In this document: piece by piece, positions 47,244 to 57,644 of the stretch
Layout of the letters: each line of letters opens with the position of its first letter
How positions within the stretch are numbered: the stretch's first letter is position 1
Source of the DNA: Candidatus Multivorans sp.
GTDB taxonomy: Bacteria > Acidobacteriota > Thermoanaerobaculia > Multivoradales > Multivoraceae
Assembly (NCBI GenBank): GCA_965247095.1
Contig: OZ251997.1
Location: 2,720,001-2,784,000, forward strand
Reading direction: 5' to 3'
DNA length: 64,000 nucleotides
The notes under the pieces: generated by a model
Databases searched by the model: none
Seen by the model: only the letters and a program-made list of their open reading frames with translations
What the model was told of the DNA's origin: nothing
Made by a program: the position numbers and the translations under genes

Positions 47244-47572
47244 AGGGCGTCCCTGAGGGCCGTGAAGTCCGTGTGGGAGATGCCGTCGGCCAAGGGGTTC
47301 TGCCGCGCGAAGTTGACGGCGATGCGCTGGGGATCCCGCTCGGCCACGAAAGCGCCGATCACGGGCTGCCAGCCCGGATCGCCTTCGATCACGATCCACA
47401 TGTCGATGTCGTTACGGCGCATGGCGCCCGGCAGGACGTAGTCGAACTTGTCGTGCCGGATCATGCACGAGGTTCCCATCTCGAGCGCACATCGTCGGTG
47501 ACGGCGGTCTGAGCCGGCGCGTTGACGGCAACGGAGGGCTGCGGTGAGAACGATCGGCAGCGGTGAGTGCAT
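47244..47572 (-). pseudogene. frameshifted, internally deleted N-terminal remnant of a secreted M24 (Xaa-Pro)-type peptidase
   Basis: AGGAG RBS and a signal-like start; blocks IRHDKFDYVLPGAMRRNDIDMWI and FVAERDPQRIAVN...ADGISHTDF. It ends at the repeat element. Confidence 0.5.
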
Positions 47573-47738
47573 CTTCTTCTCCTGGAACTGGATCGGGCCA
47601 CTACAGCCACCGGCCCCGGCCCTTGGTCTCGCCGGCTGCCGGGACCGCTTGCCGCTCGCGGGTCGGACGCACAGCCGATAGCGTCGGGCGCCGTTCCGAA
47701 GCCGAGCCCTTCACCGCACCGCTCCAGGGAGACACTGC

Positions 47739-49766
47739 ATGAGAATCGAGTCGTACCGCGTCTTGCCGCTACCGCTGTTGCTACTGCTCTCCGGGGCTGC
47801 CTGCGGTGGCCCGCCGGCGGAGCAGGCGGCCCCGGACGCGGCCACCCTTGGCGCCACCGTCTCCCGCACCGAGGAGCGGCCCGCCTGCCGGGACGCCACG
47901 CCGCTCCGCCAGGCGCTCTTCGGCGACCTGCACGTCCACACCAGTTTCTCGTTCGACGCGGCGGCCAACAGCACCGGCGCCACGCCCGCGGACGCCTACC
48001 GCTTCGCCAGGGGCGAGGCGATCCCGTTCTTCCCGATCGGCGCCGGCGGCGAGCCCGAGGGCAGCATCTCCATCGATCGTCCGCTCGACTTCGTCGCCGT
48101 CACCGACCACGGCGAGTTCCTGGGCGAGCGACGCCTGTGCCGGGATCCGGAGTCGCCCCGCTACGACACGGAGTTCTGTCGCGAAGCGCGCACGAGCGAG
48201 CGCCGGGGCATGCAGATGCTCGGAGCGGTGATCACGACCGAGACGCCGCGCCGGATCGCCGAGGTGTGCGGCGAATCGGGCGAGTTGTGCCTCGAGTGGG
48301 CGAAGAGCCCGTGGCAGAGGATCATCGAGGCAGCCGAAGACGCGTACGACCGCACCGAGGAATGCAGCTTCACCAGCTTCGTCGGCTACGAGTACACGGG
48401 CACCCCCGGGATCTCCAACTACCACCGCAACGTCATCTTCCGGGGCTCGGAGGTGCCGGACCTGCCGGTGTCGTACATCGACGCGCCGACCGACAGTCAG
48501 CTCTGGCAGGGGCTGGACGCGGTCTGCGGCGAGGGCAGCGCAGACCCAAACTGCGACTACCTGACCATTCCTCACAACAGCAACCTGGCGAACGGCCGGA
48601 TGGGCCCGTACCGCGGCCTGGAGGCGACACTCGAGAACCGCCGCGCCTACTCGCGCAAGCGCCTGGAGCGCGAGCCGATCATCGAGATCTTCCAGCACAA
48701 GGGCGGCTCGGAGTGCATCAACGGCCTGTCATCAGTCTTCGGCGAGCCCGACGAGCTCTGCGACGTCGAGGCGGTGCGGGTCATGGGACGCGAGGAGGTC
48801 TTCAACACCCTGGACCAGACGGAGCAGCGCATGGTGACCACGGAATGCGCCCCCGGTGAGAACGGGAGCGCCGGCATGGTCGGCGCCGGCTGCGTCGCCC
48901 GGTCGGACTACGTGCGTTCCGCTCTGCTCGAGGGCCTGGAAGAGGAGATGGCGACCGGCCTCAACCCGGCCAAGCTCGGAATCGTCGCCTCGACGGATAC
49001 GCACACCGCGACTCCCGGCGCCGTCTCGGAACGGGACTGGGAGGGCCACGTCTCCGTCGAGTCGACGCCGGAGGAGCGCCTCCAGCCGGGGCTGCTGACC
49101 AGCGGCATCGACGGCAACCCCGGCGGTCTGGCCGGCGTGTGGGCGGTCGAGAACTCCCGCGACGCGATCTTCGACGCCATGGAGCGCCGCGAGGTGTTCG
49201 GCACCTCGGGGCCGCGGATCAAGCCCCGCTTCTTCGGCGGCTGGGACTACCCGGCGAACCTCTGCGACCAGACCGACCTGCTCGAGCGGGCGTACGGCGG
49301 CGGCGTTTCGATGGGCGGCGATCTGCCGGGGACGGGACCCAGGGAGGCGCCGACCTTCCTCGCGTTCGCCGCCCGCGACCCGGCGGACGGCGCCGGGCTT
49401 CTCCAGCAACTCCAGCTCATCAAGGGCTGGATCGCCGCCGATGGAACCGGGCGTTACGAGGTGATCCCGATCGCCGGGTCGCCCAACAACGGAGCGAGCG
49501 TCGACCCGGTGAGCGGCGAACGCTCCGGCGACGGCCACGACAGCCTCTGCACCGTCTACCGCGACGAGGAGTTCGATCCTGGCCTGCACGCCTACTACTA
49601 TCTTCGGGTGGTCGAAAACCCCAGCCTGCGGTGGAGCGTCCACGATTGCCTGCGCCTGGCGCCGGAAGCCCGTCCGGCGGTGTGCACCGACGGTTCCTAT
49701 CCCGAGGCGATCCAGGAGATGGCCTGGACATCGCCGATCTGGTACCGGCCGGGGGACACAGAGTGA
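47739..49766 (+). CDS. DUF3604 domain lipoprotein (PHP-like metal-binding)
   Basis: FGDLHVHTSFSFDA, LDFVAVTDH, HRNVIF, IPHNSN, STDTH and AWTSPIWY; N-terminal lipoprotein-like signal. Confidence 0.85.
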   Translation: MRIESYRVLPLPLLLLLSGAACGGPPAEQAAPDAATLGATVSRTEERPACRDATPLRQALFGDLHVHTSFSFDAAANSTGATPADAYRFARGEAIPFFPIGAGGEPEGSISIDRPLDFVAVTDHGEFLGERRLCRDPESPRYDTEFCREARTSERRGMQMLGAVITTETPRRIAEVCGESGELCLEWAKSPWQRIIEAAEDAYDRTEECSFTSFVGYEYTGTPGISNYHRNVIFRGSEVPDLPVSYIDAPTDSQLWQGLDAVCGEGSADPNCDYLTIPHNSNLANGRMGPYRGLEATLENRRAYSRKRLEREPIIEIFQHKGGSECINGLSSVFGEPDELCDVEAVRVMGREEVFNTLDQTEQRMVTTECAPGENGSAGMVGAGCVARSDYVRSALLEGLEEEMATGLNPAKLGIVASTDTHTATPGAVSERDWEGHVSVESTPEERLQPGLLTSGIDGNPGGLAGVWAVENSRDAIFDAMERREVFGTSGPRIKPRFFGGWDYPANLCDQTDLLERAYGGGVSMGGDLPGTGPREAPTFLAFAARDPADGAGLLQQLQLIKGWIAADGTGRYEVIPIAGSPNNGASVDPVSGERSGDGHDSLCTVYRDEEFDPGLHAYYYLRVVENPSLRWSVHDCLRLAPEARPAVCTDGSYPEAIQEMAWTSPIWYRPGDTE

Positions 49767-51316
49767 TGCGGTTCGGCAACCAGGCCGCCCAGCGGATCGC
49801 TCTCGCTGCCGCTCTCCTCGCCGGCTGCGTCGATGCCGGCGTGAACCACACCGCGGCCGCCGGCGAGGAGTTGACGCTGGGCGAGAGCCTGGTGGCGCGT
49901 GGCCAGGAACTCGAGCTCGACACGGTCCGGACGCCGCCGCCGGGTGACTTCATCGAGCACGAGGCGGCCGGGTTCGCCAAGGTTCTGTGCTCCGCGGTCT
50001 TCCTGACCGGGCTCGACTTCGAGGACGCCCAGCGCCAGATCGGCGGGTTCACGTCCCGCCACCGGTACCGGGACCGGCTGCCGGGACGCCGGCTCGACCG
50101 GGAGAACCGGCGGGTTCACATCACCACGGACACGGGAGTGACCCGGACCGCGGTGCTGCACGGTGACCAGGGCTGCGTCGCGCTCCCCCAGGGCGAGGAC
50201 GCCCCCTTCTACGAGACGGTTCCGGTCACGACCGCGCTGCGCGAGGATGCCCCCTGGCCGATGGGCGACCGCTTGCCCGACGAGCCCCTGCCCGAGGACG
50301 TGGACGCGGCGAAGCTGCAGGCGGCGGTGGACGCTGCCTTCGAGCCGGAGGCGATGACGCTCGCCTTCGTCGTGCTCCACCGCGGCCGCCTGATCGCCGA
50401 GCGATACCGCGAGGGCATCGACAAGGACACTCCCCTCGAGAGCTGGTCGATGAACAAGAGCCTGTCGGCGACGCTGATGGGGGTGCTCATCCAGCAGGGC
50501 GCGTACACGCTCGACCAGTTGGCCCCGGTCGACTCCTGGCACGAGGACCCCGACGACGTGCGCGGCACGATCCGCATCCAGGACATCCTCCGGATGTCGA
50601 GCGGCCTACGCTGCGTCAACGCAGGCGACCCGGAGTACGACGAGGAGGAGATGGGCTATCCGGACCACCTCTACCTCTACACCGGCACGGTCGACTCCCA
50701 CATCTGGGCCAGCCAACGCCCGCCGCAGTGGCCGCCGAACACGGTCGGCCGCTACCGGAACTGCGATCCGATCCTGATCAACCACCTGGTGCGACTGGCG
50801 GTCGAGGGTCGCGGCGAGAACTACCACCAGTTCCCGCAGCGGAACCTCTTCGACCGCATCGGCGTCCGGCGCTTCGTGGCGGAGACGGACCCCTACGGCA
50901 ACTTCCTGCTGAACGGCTACGGCTTCGGGGCCGGCCGCACCTGGGCACGTCTCGGCCGGCTCTACCTCGACGACGGCGTGTCGCCGACCGGAGAGCGGGT
51001 GCTGCCGGAGGGCTACACGGACTTCGTGAGCACCCCGGCGCCTTCGTGGGTCGCGGATGGCCGGCCGATCTACGGCGGCTTCTTCTGGGTCAACCAGCCG
51101 CCTCGGGGCGGCGGGAGACGCTACCCCTCACTGCCTGAGAGCGCCTTCAGCATGCAGGGCGCGGGCGGCCAGAGCACGATCATCGTGCCGTCCCACGAGA
51201 TGGTGGTCGTCCGCCTCGGTCTGTACGAGGGGTCTTTCGGCGGCTATGCCGACGAGGCGCTGCAGAACGCGCTGGCCCTGCTGGTGGAGGCGATTCCGGA
51301 AGCCGTCGACGACTGA
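49766..51316 (+). CDS. beta-lactamase-family serine hydrolase (lipoprotein)
   Basis: SMNK (SxxK), LRMSSGL, YRN, ARLGRLYL and GAGGQ; lipobox LAGC. Confidence 0.87.
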   Translation: MRFGNQAAQRIALAAALLAGCVDAGVNHTAAAGEELTLGESLVARGQELELDTVRTPPPGDFIEHEAAGFAKVLCSAVFLTGLDFEDAQRQIGGFTSRHRYRDRLPGRRLDRENRRVHITTDTGVTRTAVLHGDQGCVALPQGEDAPFYETVPVTTALREDAPWPMGDRLPDEPLPEDVDAAKLQAAVDAAFEPEAMTLAFVVLHRGRLIAERYREGIDKDTPLESWSMNKSLSATLMGVLIQQGAYTLDQLAPVDSWHEDPDDVRGTIRIQDILRMSSGLRCVNAGDPEYDEEEMGYPDHLYLYTGTVDSHIWASQRPPQWPPNTVGRYRNCDPILINHLVRLAVEGRGENYHQFPQRNLFDRIGVRRFVAETDPYGNFLLNGYGFGAGRTWARLGRLYLDDGVSPTGERVLPEGYTDFVSTPAPSWVADGRPIYGGFFWVNQPPRGGGRRYPSLPESAFSMQGAGGQSTIIVPSHEMVVVRLGLYEGSFGGYADEALQNALALLVEAIPEAVDD

Positions 51317-51389
51317 AGCACCGGGAACTCCTCGTCCTCGCACTCAGCAGCAGCTTCAACTGCCGCAACTGTTTCCCTTTCAGGATTTG

Positions 51390-51406
51390 TTATACGGGAG
51401 TATAAT
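51390..51406 (+). promoter_or_regulatory. -10 box with overlapping palindromic operator of the TA operon
   Basis: TTATAC-ggga-GTATAA inverted repeat overlapping TATAAT (51401-51406), which lies 7 nt before the ATG. Confidence 0.7.
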
Positions 51407-51413
51407 CTCGCGC

Positions 51414-51671
51414 ATGCACACCACCAATCTGCGCAAGGTCGGCGGCTCGGTCATGCTCGCGGTGCCCCCGGTGCTTCTCGATCTCCTGAAACTCGGCGCT
51501 GGCGCCAGAGTGGATATCGGCATCGAGGGCGACCGCCTGATCGTTGCGCCCAGAACCCGTCCAAGCTACTCGCTCGACGAGCTGCTGGCGCAGTGCGACG
51601 AGACCGCCCCGGCCGACGACGAAGATCGGGCATGGCTCGATGGCCGGCCTGTCGGCAACGAACTGTTGTAG
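51414..51671 (+). CDS. pemI: PemI/MazE (AbrB-fold) antitoxin
   Basis: MHTTNLRKVGGSVMLAVPP...YSLDELLAQCD...GNELL. Confidence 0.92.
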   Translation: MHTTNLRKVGGSVMLAVPPVLLDLLKLGAGARVDIGIEGDRLIVAPRTRPSYSLDELLAQCDETAPADDEDRAWLDGRPVGNELL

Positions 51672-52003
51672 TGCGCCGCGGCGAGATCTGGCTCGTCAGC
51701 CTCGATCCCACCGCTGGCCATGAACAACGGGGGACACGGCCGGTCGTAATCGTGTCCCCCGCACGCTTCAACGAGCTGACCAGGACGCCGGTCGTCCTTC
51801 CGATCACTACAGGTGGAAACTTCGCGCGTCAGCGCGGCTTCACGGTCTCGCTCGACGACGTGGGTACCCGAACGGTCGGCGTGATCCGTTGCGACCAGCC
51901 GCGCACCCTGGATCTCGCCGCCCGGAACGGGAAACGTCTCGAATCCGTCTCCGAGCAGATCATGCACGAGGTGCTGGCTCGCCTCGCCGCAATCCTGACG
52001 TAG
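51671..52003 (+). CDS. pemK: PemK/MazF endoribonuclease toxin
   Basis: RGEIWLVSLDPTAGHEQRGTRPVVIVS and CDQPRTLD. Confidence 0.93.
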   Translation: MRRGEIWLVSLDPTAGHEQRGTRPVVIVSPARFNELTRTPVVLPITTGGNFARQRGFTVSLDDVGTRTVGVIRCDQPRTLDLAARNGKRLESVSEQIMHEVLARLAAILT

Positions 52004-52066
52004 ACGGAGCCTCATCGGGATGTAAAGGGCGCCGGTGTCCGCTTGTGACACCTATACTTGGCCCCG

Positions 52067-52402
52067 ATGGATCGTCGCGTTCTGCTGGACAACGTTCGCC
52101 GCACCAGACTGCCGCCGGGCGGCCGGGACAGAGCGAAGAGCGACGCGCGACGAATCGCCGCGTTCCTCAAACGCCACGGCGCCCGCCGTGTCGTCGGCAT
52201 CGGTTCCGCATTCGTACCGGGACGCCGCTTCACCTGGCGTTCCGACATCGACCTTGCCGTGGCCGGTCTCCGGGCGGACCGCTTCTTCGAACTCTCCGCC
52301 CGGGCCGCGGAGTTGACCGAGCTGCCGCTCGACATCATCCCGATCGAGTCGGCTACGGAACCGATGCGGAAGGCGATCCTCGAAGAAGGGGTCGACCTGT
52401 GA
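52067..52402 (+). CDS. minimal nucleotidyltransferase antitoxin
   Basis: IGSAF-x8-SDIDLAV; GTGA-coupled to a HEPN gene. Confidence 0.82.
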   Translation: MDRRVLLDNVRRTRLPPGGRDRAKSDARRIAAFLKRHGARRVVGIGSAFVPGRRFTWRSDIDLAVAGLRADRFFELSARAAELTELPLDIIPIESATEPMRKAILEEGVDL

Positions 52403-52911
52403 AGCTGGATGAGGCGTTCGCCCGCCGGCTCGCCGCCGAGATCCGCGGTGAGTTCGTCAGTCTCGGACTTCTTGAGGAACAGAGCGCTGCGGCGCCGCAG
52501 GAGAACGACACCTTCTCGCTGCGAGCCCGCGGGTCGATTCTCCACGACTTCTACAACGGCATTGAGCGTGTCTTCGTTCGCATCGCGGAGGAACTCAACG
52601 GAGGGGTTCCCAAGGGCGACCAGTGGCATCGTCAACTCGTCAAGGACATGAGCCTGGAGATTCCCGGTGTCCGCCCAGCGGTGATCGACGAGGATCTGGC
52701 GCGGTCTCTCGGGGACTTCCTGCGGTTTCGCCACGTCTTCCGTAACGTCTACGGCTTCGCCCTGGAGGAGCAGCGGATGCGGCCGCTGGAAGACCGGCTG
52801 CCGGCGGTTCTCCGCGCCTTTCGCCGACAGGTGGGCGAGTTTCTTGCCTGTATGGTGGGCGACGTTGGCGTCGGTCTCGACCCGGCGTCGGGGGAAGAGC
52901 CTGAGGCATGA
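52399..52911 (+). CDS. HepT-like HEPN toxin
   Basis: LHDFYNGIERVF, WHRQL and FRHVFRNVYG. Confidence 0.82.
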   Translation: MKLDEAFARRLAAEIRGEFVSLGLLEEQSAAAPQENDTFSLRARGSILHDFYNGIERVFVRIAEELNGGVPKGDQWHRQLVKDMSLEIPGVRPAVIDEDLARSLGDFLRFRHVFRNVYGFALEEQRMRPLEDRLPAVLRAFRRQVGEFLACMVGDVGVGLDPASGEEPEA

Positions 52912-53040
52912 TGGGAGCGTTCGCGGTCGTGATCACGGCTGCGTAGTCGTCACTAGCGCATAGAGGAGTTCCTCCGGTAGTTCTACTAGAGGGGCACCGG
53001 AGTATCAGCGAAACGGTCAAGTCAGTACTGAGAATCGCCA

Positions 53041-53230
53041 ATGCCTGCGAGGAAGCATCACTACGTTCCGCAGTGGTATCTGCGACGATCTCGCCAAGCG
53101 GGACTTCTATGCGGCCCCTACTTTGACCGTTGACGACATCGCTTGGCTTTCGAGGTTTGTCATGAGCCAGAACGCAACGGCACGACCCATGTCGGAATCC
53201 ATCCTGGAAAGAGCGTTGTTCCAGTCCACG
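53041..53230 (+). pseudogene. degraded DUF4238-like gene remnant
   Basis: MPARKHHYVPQWYLRR start motif, then RDFY and LSRFVMSQ blocks in a shifted frame; early stop at 53133. Confidence 0.55.
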
Positions 53231-53282
53231 ATGAGGACTCAGGTGATGCATTCGCCGTCAGCCGGACATCGGCCAGGCCGAG

Positions 53283-53933
53283 TTGATTCGTTGGCTGAGC
53301 GAACTCGTGAATCACCTGACCGTCACCCGCGGGATGCGTATCGCCGCCTTGATGCAGTGCAAGTTCATCCTGGCCCGAAAGGTGCGCCAGAAGATTGCAG
53401 GCATTCGCCAGATGGAGCGGAAGCGGGTTCACCGGCGATACCTGTTCGATCCCGGTGCCAGAGTCGAGGTTTCTTTCGAGCACCGATTCGCCTTTCGGGA
53501 TGGCATGTACCACGGCCAACGCCTCTATCGCGGCCGGTGGAAGCCGAATCGGCATTTCCTCGGACCCGACCAGGTTCCGGCTTTCGACGGCGCGTCAGAC
53601 GGCGAGGAGTTCCAGTGCGCCCAGGCAATCGACAACCTGCCCGGTGTGCGCTTCTGGGTCCGCAACGCTGCGAACCACCCGGAGTCTTTCTGGCTGCCCA
53701 CTGCGACGGGCAGGTTCTACCCCGACTTCGTGGTCCAGTTGGAGGATGGCCGGCTCCTTGTCGTCGAGTACAAGGGCGCCCACCTTGCCGAGGGCTCAGA
53801 TACGGCCGAGAAGAGAGCCATCGGTGAACTCTGGGAGCGCTGGAGCGACGGCAGGGGGTTGTTCCTCATTGCCGAGAGATCGCGCCAAGGCAGGGACGTG
53901 ACGTCCCAGCTTCAGGAGAAGATAGGGCGGTGA
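53283..53933 (+). pseudogene. C-terminal nuclease fragment of a type III-like restriction (Res) subunit
   Basis: WVRN...FWLP...FYPDFV-x9-VVEYKG...GELW. Helicase domains and a credible RBS are missing. Confidence 0.7.
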
Positions 53934-53985
53934 GGGCGGACCGCAGTCGGCCCGAGACCCCGCGGCCCGCTTCCGGCCTGGTTGG

Positions 53986-56100
53986 CTACGCGTCAGGCTT
54001 GGCGGTGATCAGCACGTTGCCGAGAGACTCGGCATCGACTCCGAGTTCCTCGTCGCCCGCGGGGAACTCGTTCGCCTGCATGATGTAGGTGACGATGTTC
54101 AAGTAGGTCTGCCGCGGCAGACTTCCCGGGTCGTCGGTCGGCATGGTGGTGCGGATCGCCTCGAACAGCTCGTGGACCGTCTTGTTCCCCCACAGGAACT
54201 GGAAGCTCACGCCGACCAGGCTCGCAGAGTTGCTGCCCCCGCCCAGGTCCTCGGCGTGGCAGGAGGCGCAGGTCTCGCGGTAGGCCGCGGCGCCCAGTTG
54301 CGCCTGCTCCGCCGTGTAGACGCCGTCCCAGACCGTCGCGCCGACCTCGGTCGCCGGCGCGACCTGGTCTGCTACGGCGGTGCGCGCCCGCGCCGTAGCC
54401 GCCGGCAGGTCAGCCGGTAGCGCAAAGACGTGGATCGAGTTGCCGTTGTTCGGGCGGCGGATGTGGGGGATGAGATCCCGCGGCAACATCGTCGCCCAAC
54501 TGGCGCCGCCGGTTCCCACCGGGATCGCGATGAACTGGCGGCCGCCCGCGAGGTAGGACACCGGGAAGCCCTGGGCGGAGGTGGGCAACCGCGTCTGCCA
54601 GAGGATCTCTCCGCTTCGCGCGTTGTAGGCGTAGACGTTGCGGTCGTAGTCGCCCGCGAAGGTCACGCCGCCGGCCGTCGACATCGCGGCGGTGTTGATC
54701 GGTGATGCCGTCCGGTGGCGCCACATGATGTCGCCCTCGACCACGTCGATCACGAGCAGCTCGCCGAGGTTGCCGTCCGAGTACGGGTGCAGGGTGTTGA
54801 CGCGCTTGACCGGACCCACGCCGCCGCCGCCGAGGACGCGTTCGACGGGGCCGAAGGTCGCCAGCTCGCAGTTCATCGTCATCGGGATGTAGAGGGCCCG
54901 GGTGTTCGGGTCGTACGACATCGCCCGCCAGCTCTTGAACCCCGACGTGCTCGGGCACATGTTGATCTCGACGCCGATCTCGGGGACCATCCCCTCGCGG
55001 TACGTCACTTCGCCGGTCTCGCGGTCGACGTCGACGATGTTCTGATAGCCGACGTCGGTGGCGCCGAGGAACTCGCCGGTTTCCCGGTCGAGCTGCCAGA
55101 GGATGCCGAGCTTGCCCATCTTGAAGAGCCGCTTCCTGCCGTCCACATCGATGAGGAGCGACTCGAACACCTCATCCATGTCGTGGGTTTCGCCAGGCAG
55201 GTACTGGTAGTACCAGAGCAGTTCGCCGGTGTCGGGATCGAGCGCGAGGCTCGAGTTCGTGTACAGCGCGTCGCCGTCGGTGCCGCGCACAGCTCGGGCC
55301 CACGGCTTGGCCTGGGCGGTGGCCCAGTAGACGATGTTCAGTTCCGGGTCGTAGCTGCCGGCGATCCAGGCGTCGCTGCCGGCCCGGAAGCGCAGGGGCA
55401 GATCGCCCCAGGTGTCCCCGCCCGGATCTTCCGGGCGCGCGATCGTCGAGGTGCGCCAGATCTCTTCGCCGGTCGCCGGATCGTGGCCGGTGATGAAGCA
55501 GACGTCGTCCTTGTAGCGGTCGCAGCCGGTGATGCCGGTGACCAGTTTGCCGTTGGCGATGATGGGGCCGGCGGAGTAGCGGTAGCCGAGGGCCGGGTCG
55601 GCGGTCCGGGTCTCCCAGACCAGTTTCCCGTTGCGCGCGTCGAGCGCCAGGATCGTCGCCCGGCTGGTGGCGGCGAAGATGCGGTCGCCGAAGATCGCGA
55701 TGTTCTTCTGCACCCCGCTGCCGAACGAGCCCTGCTGCTCGGCCTCGAGGTCGGGCCGGTACTCCCAGATCAGGTCGCCGTTGGCGGCGTCGAGCGCCTG
55801 GACCACGCCGCCGGGATGCGGCAGGTACATGACCCCGTCGTGGATCAGCGGCGCCGCCTCCTGGGGGCCGGTGTCGTCCATCGCCCACGCCCACACCAGT
55901 TGGAGCTGGCCGACGTTCTCGGTCGTGATCTGGTCGAGCGGGCTGTAGCCCCAGGCGTCCTGCGTCCCACGCCAGTGGAGCCACTGCCCCGGTTCCGGGT
56001 TGCGCAGCATCTCCTGGGTGACCGGCTCGAAACCGGTTTCCTGGGCCGCGACGCCGGTCGCTGCGAGCAGCACCGCGACAAGACAGTTCAAGCACCTCAT
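53986..56100 (-). CDS. PQQ-binding beta-propeller dehydrogenase with C-terminal cytochrome c
   Basis: Signal peptide, YSPLDQIT, Trp-docking repeats, SYDPELN and the heme motif CASCH. Confidence 0.9.
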   Translation of the reverse strand: MRCLNCLVAVLLAATGVAAQETGFEPVTQEMLRNPEPGQWLHWRGTQDAWGYSPLDQITTENVGQLQLVWAWAMDDTGPQEAAPLIHDGVMYLPHPGGVVQALDAANGDLIWEYRPDLEAEQQGSFGSGVQKNIAIFGDRIFAATSRATILALDARNGKLVWETRTADPALGYRYSAGPIIANGKLVTGITGCDRYKDDVCFITGHDPATGEEIWRTSTIARPEDPGGDTWGDLPLRFRAGSDAWIAGSYDPELNIVYWATAQAKPWARAVRGTDGDALYTNSSLALDPDTGELLWYYQYLPGETHDMDEVFESLLIDVDGRKRLFKMGKLGILWQLDRETGEFLGATDVGYQNIVDVDRETGEVTYREGMVPEIGVEINMCPSTSGFKSWRAMSYDPNTRALYIPMTMNCELATFGPVERVLGGGGVGPVKRVNTLHPYSDGNLGELLVIDVVEGDIMWRHRTASPINTAAMSTAGGVTFAGDYDRNVYAYNARSGEILWQTRLPTSAQGFPVSYLAGGRQFIAIPVGTGGASWATMLPRDLIPHIRRPNNGNSIHVFALPADLPAATARARTAVADQVAPATEVGATVWDGVYTAEQAQLGAAAYRETCASCHAEDLGGGSNSASLVGVSFQFLWGNKTVHELFEAIRTTMPTDDPGSLPRQTYLNIVTYIMQANEFPAGDEELGVDAESLGNVLITAKPDA

Positions 56101-56146
56101 TCGGAAGGCGCGAATGCTACTTCACGGCCGGAGGCGGTGTTGGAAC

Positions 56147-57457
56147 TCACCGCGGGAGCCGGTGGTCGAGGACCATCTCCTCGGTGAGCGCGGTGCCGAA
56201 GCCCGGTTCCTCGGGCGCCAGGAAGTGACCGTCGTCGAACGGCGCCTGCATCGCGTCGAGGATGGCGGAACCGGTGGCGAAGCTCTCGGCCATGGTGCAG
56301 CTTGGGGCCGTCAGCGAAATCGGCAGCCCCCACAGGCTGCCGCCGCGGTGGGGCACCAGTTCGAGACCGGCCGCTTCGACCTGCGCCGCGATGCGTCGTG
56401 CAGCGGTGAGCCCGCCGCACCACGTGATGTCGGGCTGCAGGACTTCGGCGGAACCGAGACGCACCAGCACCTCGAAGCCGTACTCCGTGTACTCGTGCTC
56501 GCCGCAGGCGACCTTGGTCCAGCCGGGGCCGCCGCCGCCGATCTTCTCGACCAGTTCGGCGTACCCGAACACGTTGTCCGGGGAGAGCAGCTCCTCCATG
56601 AAGTAGAGGTTCGCCGGTCGCAGGCGATCCGCGATGCCGACCGCCCAGTCGACGGTGCCGTTGCGCGAGACGCAGTCGGTCATCAGGTTGCCTTCCGGTC
56701 CCATTGCCTCGCGGGCGGCCAGCACGTCCTCGATGCCCCGGTCGGTGTCGGCCTTCGTGCTGTGCGGACCGATCGGCAGGATGCGCTTGAAGTGGCGGAT
56801 GCCCTGGCTCTTGCCTGCGGCGATGTCGCCGCCGGTCTGGTAGACGGCGATCCGGTCGTCCGGCTTGCCACCGAGCAGGGCGTGAACCGGCTTGCCGGCG
56901 TGCTTGCCCGCGATGTCCCAGAGCGCGTTGTCGATGGCGCTGAGCGCCATGGCGAACACGCCGCGCCGCCCGTAGAGCAGGGCCGAGCTGTACATCTGGT
57001 CCCAGAGTTGTTCGACGTTGAGCGGATTGGCGCCGACCAGAAGGTGCCGCAGATGGCCGTCGATGATCTCGACCGCCGCGCTGCCGCCGGCGCCCATACC
57101 GAAGCCTGTGACGCCGGCGTCCGTCTTGACGATCGCGATGATCGCCGACGGGAGCTGCTCGAAGGGTCCGCCGTAGCGCCAGCGTCGCGGATCGTCGTCG
57201 CCGGAGAAGGCGGGCGGGTCGAGCAGGCCCTCCGAGCGTTGGTTGATGTAGACGGTGTAGGCGTCGACCGAGCTGATCCGGATCCGGCTTGGGTCGTCGT
57301 TTTCCTGCCGTGTTGTGCGGGCACGCGCGACCCCCGCTGCCGGAGTGGACGGGCCGGCGAACCCTGCGGATGCCGCAACCGCGGCCAGACCGGCGCCGCG
57401 GCCGAGGAAGTCTCGGCGACTCGATTGTCCAGGCCCGGCGGGGTAGTGCTGACTCAT
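56147..57457 (-). CDS. mandelate racemase/enolase-superfamily enzyme (sugar-acid dehydratase-like) with Tat signal
   Basis: SRRDFLG Tat motif, SAIDNALWDIAGK, metal ligands D/E/E (MTDC, MEE, CGEH), QPD and PH. Confidence 0.87.
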   Translation of the reverse strand: MSQHYPAGPGQSSRRDFLGRGAGLAAVAASAGFAGPSTPAAGVARARTTRQENDDPSRIRISSVDAYTVYINQRSEGLLDPPAFSGDDDPRRWRYGGPFEQLPSAIIAIVKTDAGVTGFGMGAGGSAAVEIIDGHLRHLLVGANPLNVEQLWDQMYSSALLYGRRGVFAMALSAIDNALWDIAGKHAGKPVHALLGGKPDDRIAVYQTGGDIAAGKSQGIRHFKRILPIGPHSTKADTDRGIEDVLAAREAMGPEGNLMTDCVSRNGTVDWAVGIADRLRPANLYFMEELLSPDNVFGYAELVEKIGGGGPGWTKVACGEHEYTEYGFEVLVRLGSAEVLQPDITWCGGLTAARRIAAQVEAAGLELVPHRGGSLWGLPISLTAPSCTMAESFATGSAILDAMQAPFDDGHFLAPEEPGFGTALTEEMVLDHRLPR

Positions 57458-57644
57458 GACGGATGCTCCGATGTGTTGGCTGTGACGAAGTCCGTGAAGA
57501 TCTCGGTGGCGAGGTCGGATTGGTCGATGATGTCACTTGGAAGGCCGGTGCGGGCGACAGGTCCGAGCTTCCGGAGTCGGCCCCGTTGCGGCTGCTACAG
57601 TCCCCGCCTTGTCCTGAAGACGGCGAGGAAACGGAGGCGCTGGA

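Noticed and set aside
57454-57640. Short minus-strand frame ending in an ATGA overlap with the enolase gene
   Set aside because: It may be the tail of a deleted gene, but it has no recognisable family motif or start.
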